NCBI GenBank assembly: GCA_951406725.2
Contig: OX597822.1
Location: 80,476,001-80,540,000, forward strand
Direction of reading: 5' to 3'
From: Octopus vulgaris
Lineage: Eukaryota
DNA: 64,000 nt
A model generated the notes under the pieces. The model worked only from the letters and a program-made list of their open reading frames with translations. It did no database searches and was not told the origin of the DNA. Below are positions 13,311-26,849 of this stretch, piece by piece. Made by a program: the position numbers and the translations under genes. How positions within the stretch are numbered: the stretch's first letter is position 1; each line of letters starts with the position of its first letter.

Positions 13311-14278
13311 ATACATGCCAGCTGGATAGGCACATTGCCCCATAGCTAATCTTCCTATAGACAACTATCACATACCTGCATTTAAAGATGGAGTTTAGAC
13401 GCACTGTGCACTAATTTTATGCCCCTGGTAGCTTACGTCATTTGACATCGCATTACCCACCATTTATTCTCTCCTCTATGCAACATTAAATACTTGGGGT
13501 ACGCTCTAGCAATAACCATTAATGCAATTGAGATGAGCGTCCACTCACGACACGATGCAGGGTTAGTAAGTTGAATTCGAAATTAAAAAATACGAGGAAG
13601 GAAATGCATATAAATTCCATGTTCGATTACTTTTAACGGTAACGGAGCCCTTACAATTTCTAGTTAATGGTCATCATGTATAGCACTATTTCATTCTTTT
13701 CAGAAATTCTCAGCATGGCATACCTTATAACTTGACTATAACATGTCATAACCTATAAAGTGAGACATTTCCTTATAATTAAAAGTTAATTACAATCTGG
13801 ATGGAATTCAAGGAATGTTACTTTTTCTTTTCATAGAACGTTGGAAGTTTAGTATATTACAATAAACTAGGTGGAAAGTTACCCCAGCTCTTTACTAAGC
13901 ATCTCGATTCAGTCGTGGGTATGGAACCGCACGGAAGTATATGAGTATATGTGTATAGACAACAGGTGTGAGTTGCCGTAAATCGATATATATTTTGGTA
14001 GAAACACTCGTGTAAATATATTGATGAAGTTGGCGCTCGTTTATATTATTGAGTTCTGATACCGCTGGACAAAAGTATCTCCACCACAACCTTTTGAGAG
14101 AATTATTGGGATTCACTAAATCAACCAAGCAAGTTCCTTGAATTTGCGATCGGTTTGCTACTTATGACCAACGTTATTCGCATTGTCAATGTGTCCAACT
14201 TATTTATCCATCCACCCATCTATCCGTCCGTCTGTCCGTCCGTCCGTCCGTCTGTCCGTTTCTCTGTCTATCTATCTA

Positions 14279-14528
14279 TTGGATTGGTGCATAATTATTG
14301 CGGCTTTTTTTCAACAAATTTTATTCAACAAAAACAACAACAATACTTAACAAAAACATCTTTAAATGACATTCTGACGGTCTGCCAAGCATATGGGAAG
14401 CAGTAATTGAAGTAGATGGTGAATATGCTCCAGAATAATCGTTTGAAGATGTTTTTATTACATGTTGTTATTGTTTTTGTTGAATAAAATTCGTTGGAAA
14501 AAACCCCAATAATTATGCACCAATCCAA
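14279..14528. mobile_element. Mariner-derived MITE with about 100-bp inverted arms and a transposase C-terminal remnant
   Basis: TA|TTGGATTGGTGCATAATTATTGCGG terminus resembles Hsmar1/MADE1 TIRs; 14382-14438 translates LPSIWEAVIEVDGEYAPE*, like the mariner LPxRWxxVIxxxGxY end. Confidence 0.88.
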
Positions 14529-14533
14529 TGCAA

Positions 14534-14570
14534 TATCTATCTGTCTATCTATCTATCTATCTATCTATCA

Positions 14571-14666
<96 letters not shown>

Positions 14667-14790
14667 GCCTGTCTGTCTGTCTGTCAGTTTTTCTGTCTGT
14701 TTGTCTATCCGTCTGTCTGTCTGTATATCTATCTATCAACGTACCTATCTATTTATCTATCTCTGTACTTATCTATCTACGTATCTATCT
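14534..14790. repeat. (TCTA)n/(TCTG)n microsatellite
   Basis: Directly visible. Confidence 0.95.
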
Positions 14791-15279
14791 ATCATTTTCT
14801 ATTTCTCTTTCCTCTATAGAAGTATATGTTTAAATACAAACGCATGTACGTAGATAAGCAAACACGTATATAAATATGCAAATACACACCTACATGAACT
14901 TACAGACACAGCAAGAGCAATCGGATATGTACCGGACAGCCTGATGAAGTCTTCCATAATTTATACGCTTCCGATACTCACATCTTGAACAAGAAAATCT
15001 ACCCGGCTTTCTTAAAATTTAAAGCCTTCATACACAAACGTTCACACACACCCACGCACACACACACTCACATTCATATAGATACATTCATGTACATATA
15101 CACACACAGAAACATACATACGTTCGTTCATCCAACGAACCATGCACACACACAAATATTTACATTTACATGCATATACATACAAACATACACAAATACA
15201 CATATACACATATATGCTTGCATACTTGCATTTATAGATGCATACATGCAAACATACATATACATACATACATACATAC

Positions 15280-15440
<161 letters not shown>

Positions 15441-16215
15441 TGGGTGTGTGCATGTACGTTTACATACGTGCTTCTAGATGCATGTATGCATGTGTATAAA
15501 TATGCTCATGTTTGACCTTGTATTAACTTTAGAAACGATTTTGCTACGCCCTCGTCTACCTCCCCGTCATCCCCATTCTTCTCCACCCCATCCTCTTCAT
15601 CACCATCCTCATCATCATCAATAATCAATCATCATCACTATAAGAAGCTGTTAATGCCTCGGCAGCGGCTGATTATAAAAACACCGATCAAAACAGTAGC
15701 TACGACGGCGACAACCACGGCAGTAGGCATCATCCTCGTCATCATCACCATCATCATAAATACCAGCACCAGCACCACCAGCACCACCAGCACCACCACC
15801 AGCACCACCACCATCACCACCACCACCACTTCCACCATCATCACCACCAGCAACAACAACGATTGCTGCAATTATAAATATAAGAGCTTCTATGATTACA
15901 ACGCCTCGACGACCGCCGCCGCCGCCACCACCTCCACTACTACCACGAACAACAACACAATTACGAGCAACAGGTGAATGAACAGCAACAACAACAACAA
16001 CAATCATTACTACTACTACTACTACTACTGCAAATAATTACAATGGTAATAACAACAGCAACATCTTCAGCAGCAGCAGCAGAAGCAAGTAGCTTACAAG
16101 TTATTATAAATAGCAATGGCAGACATCACAGGAGTTACAAACACGAGAAACAATAATAGAAGCGAATTGGGAGAAAAACAACAACAACAACAACTGCCGC
16201 AGTAACAGCAGTACC

Positions 16216-16249
<34 letters not shown>

Positions 16250-16439
16250 GCGGTAGCAGTAAAAATAGCAACTATAACAACTACAACATCAACAGCAATG
16301 ACAACAAAAACGACGACGACGACGACGGATGCGCTAACTCCACCATGACCGCCAACAACAACAAGGTGAATGGCGGCTCGAAATGGTCGTCTGAGCTGTT
16401 GGGAAAGGCATGAATAAAAGATAGGATTTAGCTTGTATA

Positions 16440-16770
16440 TTTTAATTGTTTCAGTCATTAGACTGCGCCCATGCTGGAGCACCATCTTGAAGAATTATAG
16501 TCGAACGAATGAACCCCCACTACTTACTATTTAAAAATTTTTTTTTGAAAACCTGGTACTTTTTCTATTCGTCTCTTTCGCTGAACTGCTATGTTACGAG
16601 GACATAAACACACCACCACCGGTTGTCAAGCTACCAAATCTACTCACAAGGCCTTGGTCGGCCCGAGGCTGTAGTAGAATTCACGTGACTAAGGTGTCAC
16701 GTAGTGGAACTGAACCCGGAACCATGTGGTTGGGAAGCAAACTTCTTACCGCTCAGCCACACGGCTGCAA
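16440..16770 (-). mobile_element. SINE family B
   Basis: Reverse complement of the family B head (GAACCCGGAACCATGTGGTTGGGAAGCAAACTTCTTACC) and tail. Confidence 0.88.
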
Positions 16771-17164
16771 TACTTTTGAATTGTGATTCGTTTTATCACA
16801 ACTCCCGCCAGATGAACGGTATATAAAAAAAAAGTGCGGGGCAGAAATTCCCTCCATTGTACCCCTGCAACCACCCTAAACAAGAGCAGCACTTTCGATG
16901 AGGTGGTCCTGGATGTAGTCAGCGTTTAGCAAGATTTCTTCATGTTTTTTTGTTGTTTTTTTTTTTTGCATTTCCCCTCTCTACCAGTCCGCCAATCTGA
17001 TTCCACCCCGTATACATACGATAAGCAAAGTTCGCTTTGTAACAACGTGGTCAAGTTCGGTACCGCACTGCGTTTTGTATGTGTGTGTTTGCCCGTGCTT
17101 GTGTGCGTGTGCGCGAGTGCGTGTTTGTTCGTGTGGGGGGTGTATATGTGTGTGTGTGTGTGTG

Positions 17165-17360
17165 TGCGACCACAACTTGATAACTAGCGTCTGTGTGTTT
17201 CTTGTATAAATTAACAGTTCAGCTAAAGTAGCGATACAATGAGGAGTAGATTTTTTTTTTAAGAAACTCACAAGTACTGGGGTCGATCTGTTGATTAAAA
17301 CCCTTCAAGCGGTGTCCCAGCATAGCCGCAGTCTAATGACAGAAAACAAGTGATAAAAAA
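17165..17360 (+). mobile_element. SINE family B 3' half (diverged)
   Basis: CTGGGGTCGATCTGTTGA...GCGGTGTCCCAGCATAGCCGCAGTC matches the family B tail. Confidence 0.75.
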
Positions 17361-17381
17361 ACATAGACAATCCAGGTTTTT

Positions 17382-17590
17382 TATTCTTTTATTTGTTTCA
17401 GTCATTTGACTGCAGCCATGCTGGAGCACCGCCTTTTGTCGAACAAATCAACCCAGGACTTATTCTTTGTAAGCCTAGTACTTATTCTAACGGTTTCTTT
17501 TGCCGAACCGGTAAGTAACGGGGACGTAAACACACCAGTGATGGTGGGGTATAAAAATTCACACACACACACACACACACGCATACACAT

Positions 17591-17652
<62 letters not shown>

Positions 17653-17757
17653 GACGAGCTTCTTTCAGTTTCCGCCAACCAAATCTACTCACAAGGCTGA
17701 ACCCGGAACCATGTGGTTTGGAAGGAAGCTACTTACCACACAGCCATTCCTGCGCCT
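17382..17757 (-). mobile_element. SINE family B
   Basis: Reverse complement of 20181-20590, with internal (CA)n(TA)n. Confidence 0.88.
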
Positions 17758-18173
17758 ATTGTTGAAACTTATTAGTCTTATATTTAATGTATCCTTTTCA
17801 GAACCCTTAGGGGCGAAGGATTGGCAGAATCGTTAGAACATCTGGAAAAAAAAATATCCCCTGCACTATTTGTTTTGGTTCTTGCTCTTCTGAGTTCAAA
17901 TCACACCGAGACCAACTTTAACTTTTGCCCCTCCAGGTCAAAAAATTAACGCACCAGCCATGTACTGGGAATGATGTAACCAACTAACTCCCTACCACTC
18001 AAAAGTGCTGGCCCTGGGCCTAAATTAGAACTCATCCTTATATCACCCTAATTATCATCCTTAAATTACAAATCTGCTTAGTCAGGTCTGACTTTAAGTA
18101 AAATAACCTAAACAACGACAAAAATATTTACAACCGCAGTTCACGGTAGGTATACATGGGGTTAAGTACTACT

Positions 18174-18520
18174 AGATACATTATACTTATGCCTAACCTG
18201 AGGCTAAATCATAACAAAATGCTGGAGAGGAATGCTCCAGACTTCGGCATCAAAGAAAATGTCAATGCACCAACTGGTAGATACCGTTAGCTTCCAAATA
18301 TAGCACCTTCAAAATCATGAGCAAATACACTATATTGACCCAGTCCAATATTTAGAGGTCCCCTATTATTGAACCGCCTACCAGAAAATATAAAAAAGGG
18401 CCTCTACTGAAACATTAAAAAAAGACATTGAATAAACTCGTAACGACGATACTGGACCAGCCCAGCATTCAATGATACACTCAGGAAAGACCAGCTGCTA
18501 CAAAATCATAGACCAGCTTC
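18174..18520 (+). mobile_element. CR1/L2-group LINE ORF2 C-terminal remnant (decayed)
   Basis: Translates RYII...KMLERNAPDFGI...TGRYR*...FRGPLLLNRLPENI, then (frameshifted) ILDQP; resembles the CR1-like ORF2 end; contains stops. Confidence 0.7.
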
Positions 18521-18711
18521 CGGCCATAAAGCGGCAGCAAGACGAATATAAAATAAATTAAGGCGGTCCTCCAGCATGGCCGCAGTCTTAGGACTGAAGT
18601 CATTAAGAGAATAAAAGGACAGCAGTATCGATAATAACAACATCATGTACATCTTTAGCAGTAACAAGAATTATAACACAGCTTAATAAGTTCGAATGTT
18701 TCAGTAGAAAT

Positions 18712-18934
18712 CCCTTTTATATCTTCTGGTAGGCAGTTCAATAACTGGGGACCTCTAAATATTGGACTGGGTCAATATAGTGTATTTGCTCATGATTTCG
18801 AAGGTGGTATATTTGGAAGCTAACAGTATCTACCAGTTTGTGCATTAAAATTTTCTCTAATGTCGAAATTTGGAGCCTTCCTCTCCAGCATTTTGTTAAG
18901 ATTTAGCCCCAGCTCAGACCCAGATATAATGTAT
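18712..18934 (-). mobile_element. Inverted copy of the LINE remnant at 18176-18400
   Basis: Reverse complement aligns along about 220 bp, e.g. TCATGAGCAAATACACTATATTGACCCAGTCCAATATTTAGAGGTCCCC is identical. Confidence 0.92.
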
Positions 18935-18937
18935 AAT

Positions 18938-19148
18938 TCGTTTCTACTTTAAGCACAAGGCCCGAAATTTTGGCAGGAGGGGACAGTTGATTAGAACAAC
19001 CCTAGTACGATACTGGTACTTAATTTATCGACCCTGAAAGGATGAAAGGCAAAGTCGACCTCGGCGGAATTTGAACTCAGAAAATAATGACAAAGTACCG
19101 CTAAGCAATTTACCCGGCGTGCTAACGTTTCGGCTAGCTCGCCGCCTT
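18938..19148 (-). mobile_element. SINE family A, full-length monomer with 16-bp TSD
   Basis: Flanked by AGATATA(A/C)TGTATAAT at 18922-18937 and 19149-19164. Confidence 0.92.
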
Positions 19149-20180
19149 AGATATACTGTATAATAATAAGTAAATGAGTGGAAACCGAACCGTTAAGTAA
19201 TAAGGCACTAAAAGAGAATGACTCTCCCCAGACTCTATAAAATTTGCTTCAAGACACGAATTCACATAAAGAATCTCGGAAACCATATACAAAAAGTGAA
19301 ATTATAATAATTTCTTGTTCTAATTTTGGCACAAGGTCTACAATTTTGCGAGGGGAGGTCACGCCGAATACATCGACCACAGTAGTTGACTGGTACGATT
19401 CAAAAAAGCAAAGGTGACTCAGAACGCAAAGAGCCTGAAGTAATTATTTTCCCCATCATTTTGCCCGACGTGCTAACGATGCTGTCAGCTTCCTAGTAAT
19501 CAACAATAACATTAATAACAGCCGTAAGAATATGAAACAGCAGCAACCGCCGCAGTAATGTAATAATCGTGTAACAGACGAGACTGTTACACTCTACCCC
19601 GTATCATTCCGCATTGCATATTGTAGTGTGTAGTATAGTCCTCCGTTAGAAGAGACTTGTTAAAGCTGCAGAGTTAGAATCAGCTTTGTGAGTGAGATCT
19701 CCTCACATAACAACAGCGACCTGTGTTTTATAGAACTGCTGGGTGAGAACTGGCCTGGGCCTGCACAACAGCATGCATGCATTGGAACTGCTGATCGTTC
19801 ATCATGCACTTCTGCTACACGGCAGCAGCTACTTACTTATTAGCTTTAACATGGAAGATTAGGACCAAAATCTGGGGACTTAATTGGTGGGGTTGCGATT
19901 TACACAGCATTAGCTTCCTCCGTGCTCCAAGCCATCTCGATCGAAGCCGACCAGAGGTTACAATAGCACCAGTACTATCACCGCGGAGGCGGTGGTGGGG
20001 ACCATAGCATCAACAACAGTAACTATAATAATGAATCCATCATTACACGATCGACTAGGGAGCTGGTACGCGGCAAACCCTAGTTTACTAAAAGAAATAA
20101 AAATAAAAATAAAGGGCACAATGGATAATGTAAACCTAGATTAACATGTTTTGAAAACAATAAAATAAAATAAAATAAAA

Positions 20181-20590
20181 AGGAGGTGGCTGTGTGGTAA
20201 GAAGCTTGCATTCCAACCTCATGGTTCTGGGTTCAGTCCAAATGCGTGGCAACTTAGGCAACACTCTTCTACTATAGCCTCGGGCCGATCAACACCTTGT
20301 GAGTGGATTTAGTTGACGGAAATTGAAAGAACCCCGTCGCACACACACACACGCACACACACACACACATATGTGTCTGTGTGCCTGTGTTTGTTCCCCT
20401 GCCGTCACTTGACAGTCGATGCTGATGTACTTATGTTCCTGTAAGTAAGCGGCTCAGCAAAAGAGACCGATAAAATAAGGACTAGGCTAAGAAAGAATGT
20501 CCTGGGGTCGATGTCTTCGACCAACACCCTTTAAAGCGGTCCTCCAGCATAGCCACAGTCAAATGACTGAAACAAGTAAAAAGAAAAAAA
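20181..20590 (+). mobile_element. SINE family B, near full length
   Basis: GTGGCTGTGTGGTAAGAAGCTTGC head, GGTTCAGTCC B-box, internal (CA)n, tail GACTGAAACAAGTAAAAAGAAAA. Confidence 0.9.
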
Positions 20591-21782
20591 AAAAGAAATG
20601 AATGAGGTGGGCAGGGATGGAACGCCTCTAATAAATGCTATCAGAGTTTTGAGGACAGCTCTGATCGAGCAAGCCTATAATCAAAATTAATCACCCGTTT
20701 TTTTTTTTTTTCCTTTGTGCAGGAATTATTATTGTGGATAATTCTCTGCGTTCAGCAAAACCTTTGTTGGCGGGGTTGATTACAAATAATATCTTTGTAC
20801 CATTGTTGTTATCAATCTCTCTCCTCCGTCTCCCTGCCTTCATCTTTCTCTCTATCATCTATCGTTCAACCGACATACCTACCCACATGCTTCCACCTAT
20901 CATTCAAACAAATGCATTTAGTTACTTTTATAATACACTCTGATTTCGAATCCCGCATCCCGTCCAAGCGAGCTTTATCTTTCAACCTTCTGAGGCCGAT
21001 TGAATAAAATACCAGTGAAATATTAAGGTCAATGAAATCTACCATAGCCCCATTTCTCACAAGAATTTTTGGCTGTGTACCAACATTAGAAATCAATATT
21101 ATATTCTATAAAGTAGCGAAATATTTTGTCCTATATCTTTAGTAGATGTAGAAGTAGCAGTAGCATTTCTTCCAGTAATAGCAGCTATAGTAGTTCCATA
21201 AGCCAAGTAGAAACACTAGCAGTTTGATTGGTGGAGAGATAGGAATGTAATGTGTGTTTATGTGCGTGTGGTGGGGGAGAAGCATTGAACGAAATGACTA
21301 ACAAAATTTAGTCATAGCCCTGTACATCCTAAGTTCTAATCCGACTCTAGACCATTATAATATTTTTCACAGACACTCTTTTCTGGGATTAAAGAAATGT
21401 GCTTTTTATTAGAGTGTGTGTAAGTGGATTCATTACAAATAAAGACTCATTGTACATTGGTGTTATTAGTTTCTTTCCTTCTCCCTCCGTCTCTTTCTCT
21501 TTCTCTCACCTTAAATCTATCTTTACTCTTTCCATCTATCTATACACGTTTCCATATATATATATATATATATAACCAAAAAATAAGCAACAAGCCATTC
21601 TTGTTGCTTATTTTTGGGTTATAATCACCCCACATAATTTTATGGGTAATACCATAAAAAATTCTGGTGCATCTAAATTAAGTACCATATTCATTTGAAT
21701 CTAAATTGTTTTGCTGTATATATATATATATACACTCACAGACACACAACGCACATATCACACTAACACACACACATATATG

Positions 21783-21841
<59 letters not shown>

Positions 21842-21868
21842 GTGTGTGTGTATGTGTGTGTATGTATA

Positions 21869-21903
<35 letters not shown>

Positions 21904-22844
21904 TTACATGCATATATGCACGCTCAAAAAGAACGCTAGCCAAAGCCAAACACATGCTGACGTAAATAACGCATGCGCAAACAGACAGAAATTGCTCGTG
22001 TTTTGCAGACAATCTGTTATGATATTTAAAGCTAAATATATTTAATAAAAAAATTGCCACTATCCATGCATATGTGCCCGTACGTATAAACAAAAACACA
22101 TGCACTTAAGCATAACATAATGATTTATCGACAGATTCCATAAACATCATGCTACTGTCGCCGTTATATAAACATGTAGAATCCGATTGCATAAAGCTGT
22201 AATCAAAGGCGTTCTGATCGTGCCCGCCCAGCCCGTATTTTGTTTTTGAGCATGTAATGAGAACTACATTATTCAATGTGATTTTTCTAATTTAAAAGAT
22301 GTTTATTTCTTTGTAAGAAATGTGTCTGCTATTTCTTGCAGGTCGAGCGACGACATAGAAACTCTGAAGTTGATACCGTATCCTATAAATACGTTTACTG
22401 CTAGTAATACGAAGATACATTAACGTTCATATGTAAAGCAGCCACTTAAATACAACACCTTTCATGTTCAGTTATTCTATGAACCCTTATGAACTGTAAT
22501 GGGGTAACATTAAAAATCTGGTGAGTGTTTCCTATACTTGAACGAGCTGAGTTGAAATCCTTCCTCTGGGTAATAAGTAGATTATGGGAGGTAAAGGAAC
22601 TCGGTGTGAAAGTGAGTTGTATCTAAATATACTATACGAAAAACGAAATCTTTTGCTATGTGGCCGAGGGTTCGCACGAGTTACGGGTTAACCACTGGAG
22701 TAAACCTGCATGTTCATAGGTAGAGATAGATATATACGACGCATTCAAACATGCAAGCATGCACTAACACACACACACAAACACACCCACATACCCATGT
22801 GTGGGTACGTGTAAGCATGTATGTATATAGATTATATATATATA

Positions 22845-23000
22845 TGTATGTACATATATATGTATATATATTTATATGTATATGTATGTATGTATATAAG
22901 AATGTATATATATACATATATGTATGTACATATATATGTATATATATTTATATGTATATGTATGTATATATATAAGAATGTATATATATACATATATATA
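22845..23000. repeat. Two tandem 76-bp units built from TA/TG microsatellite
   Basis: TGTATGTACATATATATG...AAGAATGTATATATATACATA starts at 22845 and 22921. Confidence 0.85.
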
Positions 23001-23002
23001 TA

Positions 23003-23049
23003 TAGTTCTATATTTAAGCGATGAGGAATTATGTACATTATTTACATTT

Positions 23050-23056
<7 letters not shown>
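23003..23056 (-). mobile_element. Fragment of the same Penelope-like repeat as 27690-27850
   Basis: Reverse complement matches 27776-27850 (ATATCCGTCAAAT...ATAATGTACA.AATTCCTCATC.CTTAAATATAGAACT); embedded in (TA)n. Confidence 0.8.
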
Positions 23057-23105
<49 letters not shown>

Positions 23106-23214
23106 TATGTATTTCGTTCGTCTGTGCATTTAGTATGTTTTGCAACTTGCCATTGTGTGTGTTTTTCGTTGGTTTTTGCATTTATTCTATGTTTTTTAAC
23201 TTCTATATAAAATC

Positions 23215-23570
23215 CATTATCTTTCATTTGTTTGAGCCAACGATTTTAGACGAACAGATCGAACTCCCGTACTTACTGTTTAAAATTTTGTACTTATTCT
23301 GTCCATTTCTCTTGCCGAACCGTTAAGTTACGGGGACGTAAACAAACAAACCTCGATCGTCAAACGGGGTGTGATACAAACACACCAGATACACACACAT
23401 GCACGCACATACATCGGACATCCACGTAGTATTCGTTTACCAAATTCACTCGCCAGGTATTGGTCAGCCCGTGACTACAGTAGAAGACACTTGTCCAAGT
23501 TACAGCGCAGTGAGATTAAACCCGTAAGCACGTCCTTGCCCGCTAACTGTCTTAACCATTCAACCATATC
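23215..23570 (-). mobile_element. SINE family B (diverged)
   Basis: TTGCCGAACCGTTAAGTTACGGGGACGTAAAC and GTAGAAGACACTTGTCCAAG motifs. Confidence 0.8.
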
Positions 23571-23734
23571 TTTGACTGATATTATGTGTTGCAGCAACCC
23601 GGCACCACGTTTAAACTTACTAAGCAGCCACGTGCATTATGCGTATACAACATGCAGCGTATTTTGTAGCTTTCAGAAATGCATGTACACGCCTCTCAAT
23701 ATTCACCAACAGAATGCGGCGAGCAACCAGAATC

Positions 23735-23940
23735 ATTAACACGCAGAGCAAAGTGCTTAGCGGCGTTTCGTTCATCTTTTAATTTGAGTTCAAATTTCAC
23801 CGAGTCGACCTTTTCTTTCACCCTTTCAGGGAAGGTAAAATGAATACAAGTTGAGCCGTGGGGATCGATGTAATCGATTTACTTCCTTACTTCCGTTCCC
23901 CTGAAATTTCTGCTTTTGTGAGGAAATTTGAAACGAATAT
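23735..23940 (+). mobile_element. SINE family A (older subfamily)
   Basis: GAGTTCAAATTTCACCGAG.TCGAC...GGGATCGATGTAATCGA...AAATTTGAAAC. Confidence 0.75.
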
Positions 23941-24324
23941 CCACCAGCATATCCACATGAGCGCCCACATGTATTCATACAAAACTAGAGACAAACGCAC
24001 ACAACATGTAATAGAAAATAATTTATAAAAATAATGGATCATCTTCCGTCGGGTTCGACCGCGACTATTCCGGTTCCTCACACAATGTAACTACCTATTT
24101 CTTGTATTGTACTCCAAAGCGACCAAGTATTATTCAAAATCGCGTACCTTTAATGTAATCTTCAGTATAAGGCAGGGTGGAGTATTGGAAGGACCAGCTT
24201 CGTGTGAAAACCTGGGGCTTCCATCTTGTATTATAGCGTAAACATTCAAAACCCGTCGAGGTCAACATTGTCTTTCCTATTTTTGGAGTCGAAAACTAAA
24301 TTCCTAGTCAAGTACTGTTTTTTT

Positions 24325-25070
24325 TTTTTACTCTAGGCACAAGGCCCAAAATTTTGGGGGAGGGGGCCAGTCGATTAGATCAACCCCAGGACGTAACTCT
24401 CTTTTACTCTTTTACTTGTTTCAGTCATTTGACTGTGGCCATGCTGGAGCACAGCCTTTTAAAATTATACTGCGCTGCCGTGACCAGGATTCGAACCTGG
24501 GTTACTTAATTTATCTAACCCGAAAGGATAAGAAGCAAAGTCGACCTCGGCGGAATTTGAACTCAGAACGTAGCGACGGGCGAAATACCGCTAAACATTT
24601 CGTCTAGCGTCCTAATGATTCTGCAAGCTTATCGCTAACGATTATTTTCTACTCTAGGCACACGGTCCGAAATATTGGGGGAGGGGCCAGTCAATTAGAT
24701 CGACCCCAATACGCAACTGGTACTTAATTTATCGTCCCCGAAAGGATGAAATGCAAAGTAGACCTCGGCGGAATTTGAATTTAGAACGTAGCGACGGGCG
24801 AAATACCAACTTCTTTACCACCCACAAGGGACTAAACACAGAGAGGACAGACAAGGACAGACAAACGGATTAAGTCAATTATATCGACCCCAGTGCGTAA
24901 CTGGTACTTATTTATTCGACCCCGAAAGGATGAAAGGCAAGTCGACCTTGGCAGAATTGGAACTCAGAACGTAGCGACAGACGAAATGGCGCTAAACATT
25001 CGCCCGGCGTGCTAACATTACTGCCAGCTCGCCGCCTTTCGTCGTTAACGATTCTGCCAGCTCACTGCCC
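24325..25070 (-). mobile_element. Cluster of SINE family A units, with an intercalated family B tail
   Basis: Three GTCGACCTCGGCGGAATTTGAACTCAGAACGTAGCGAC-like blocks; family B tail at about 24400-24460. Confidence 0.88.
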
Positions 25071-25599
25071 TAACCGACTTGTAATAATAATGTTAATAAT
25101 GATCATGATAAGAGTAATACTGATTCTTTCTAAAATATGCACGAGGCCTGAAATTTAGAAGAAGTGTGTTAGTCATTTCCCTCGAACGCCTGTGTGTAGC
25201 TACTGTTTATTTTATCAAACCGTAAGATGAAAGGCATAGTTGGAATTGAATCCGAGACTACATGGTTGCAAAGTGAGCTTCTTAACCAACATCCATGGCT
25301 GTATACACACACACACACATTCTCACACACAAACACACACACACAATACACACACACACACACACATATATACACAGAGTCACTTAACTAAATGTATATA
25401 TACATATATTTAGAGGTTTCCCTTTCATAGAACTGAAGTAAAATACAAAATAGACTATTTAAAAATTGAGAGTGGCAAACAAAGTGTTCCCTATTAGTTT
25501 TACTATCCCTATATCTTTAGTTTATTACACTTGTAATTATTGGGGTAGTCACTGCTCCAGCAACATTACTGAAAAATAGGCTTTCTACAAACCAGAAAA

Positions 25600-25855
25600 G
25601 ACCCAGCTTATGTAAGACTCACACACATAATATGGTTACCGTGTTTTCATAGCATTTACATGACTGACGTCACAACATTCTTCTTGAACGGGATTCCAGT
25701 CCGTCACAGGAGACTTGTTTACAGCTATGTGAAGTGGAACAAGTTTAAATAGAAAGTTTTGCTCAAGAACTCAACGCACTGCCTTGTTCGGGAATCGAAG
25801 TAACTATCTTGCGATCGCGAGTGCAATACCCTTTCCACTAAGCAATGGTCCTTCA
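25600..25855 (-). mobile_element. SINE family D (family C-like head, different tail)
   Basis: TTTGCTCAAGAA..CAACGCA...GGGAATCGAA...GATCG.GAGTGCAA.ACCCT..CCACTA shared with 28970, 49525 and 58838. Confidence 0.75.
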
Positions 25856-26776
25856 AAATACCTACTCATACAGAAATAGAAAAAAAACAATAAGAATATA
25901 AAAATATAGATCTTGCATGCAATGACATCTATGCAGCTCATAGAAATGGGTGCAGATACATGTATGGCTACATGGCTGATGGTGCCTAATATTTAATGAA
26001 GGAATACAGTTTGAGGATTTAGAAACTAGGTTTTATGCTTTCACGGGAAAATTTAAAAACAAGCCAAGAAGCATATATATATATATATGGCTCAAAATTA
26101 TACAAAAAACTAAAATAAAAAAAACTGAGACAGGGGAGGGAATAACAAACAAGGAGTATTAGTTTCACGCTTAGAGAAAATGGAAGAAGTCTTTTACATT
26201 TCGAACCTAAGCTCTCTTACAAAAGGGTATGAGAAGAGGGAAGGGTTGCAAATATATAAATTCATAACCATAGAGATGCATACATACACATACACACACA
26301 GACATGCTTATATATACATGTACGTATGTGTGTGCGTAACTTAGTATTTTTAAAGTAAATTAAAATGAATAGATCATGTTTATAGTAAAAATGACATCCT
26401 TACGAAGTGGGCGTCTCAGTATTGTTATTAAAATAGGTTGTGACTTTAAGGTTTAAGTTTTATTTGTAACGAGACCGCAGAGTACACACACACAAACACG
26501 CGCATGTGCACACTAAGTAGAAAATACTGTCGTAAGAATGTTGTCGTTGCTTTGTGGGTATGTTTTAAAATCTGACAGGATCTTTAGATGGATGGAGACG
26601 GAGAAATAAATGGAGGAACGAAACCCAGTACTGGACTAGTCTATTATTTATCCTTCTACACCAAAGAATAAAACGCAAACTAAACATCGGTGCCACTGGA
26701 ACTCTGAGCCAAAAGTTGAAATGTATTCCAACGCTGTAACAATATATTACCAAACCTCTTAATGACCACTCCCATA

Positions 26777-26849
<73 letters not shown>

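Noticed and set aside
14925-14990. CTGATGAAG hammerhead start
   Set aside because: No convincing stem II or GAAA follows (GATA instead); at best a decayed relic
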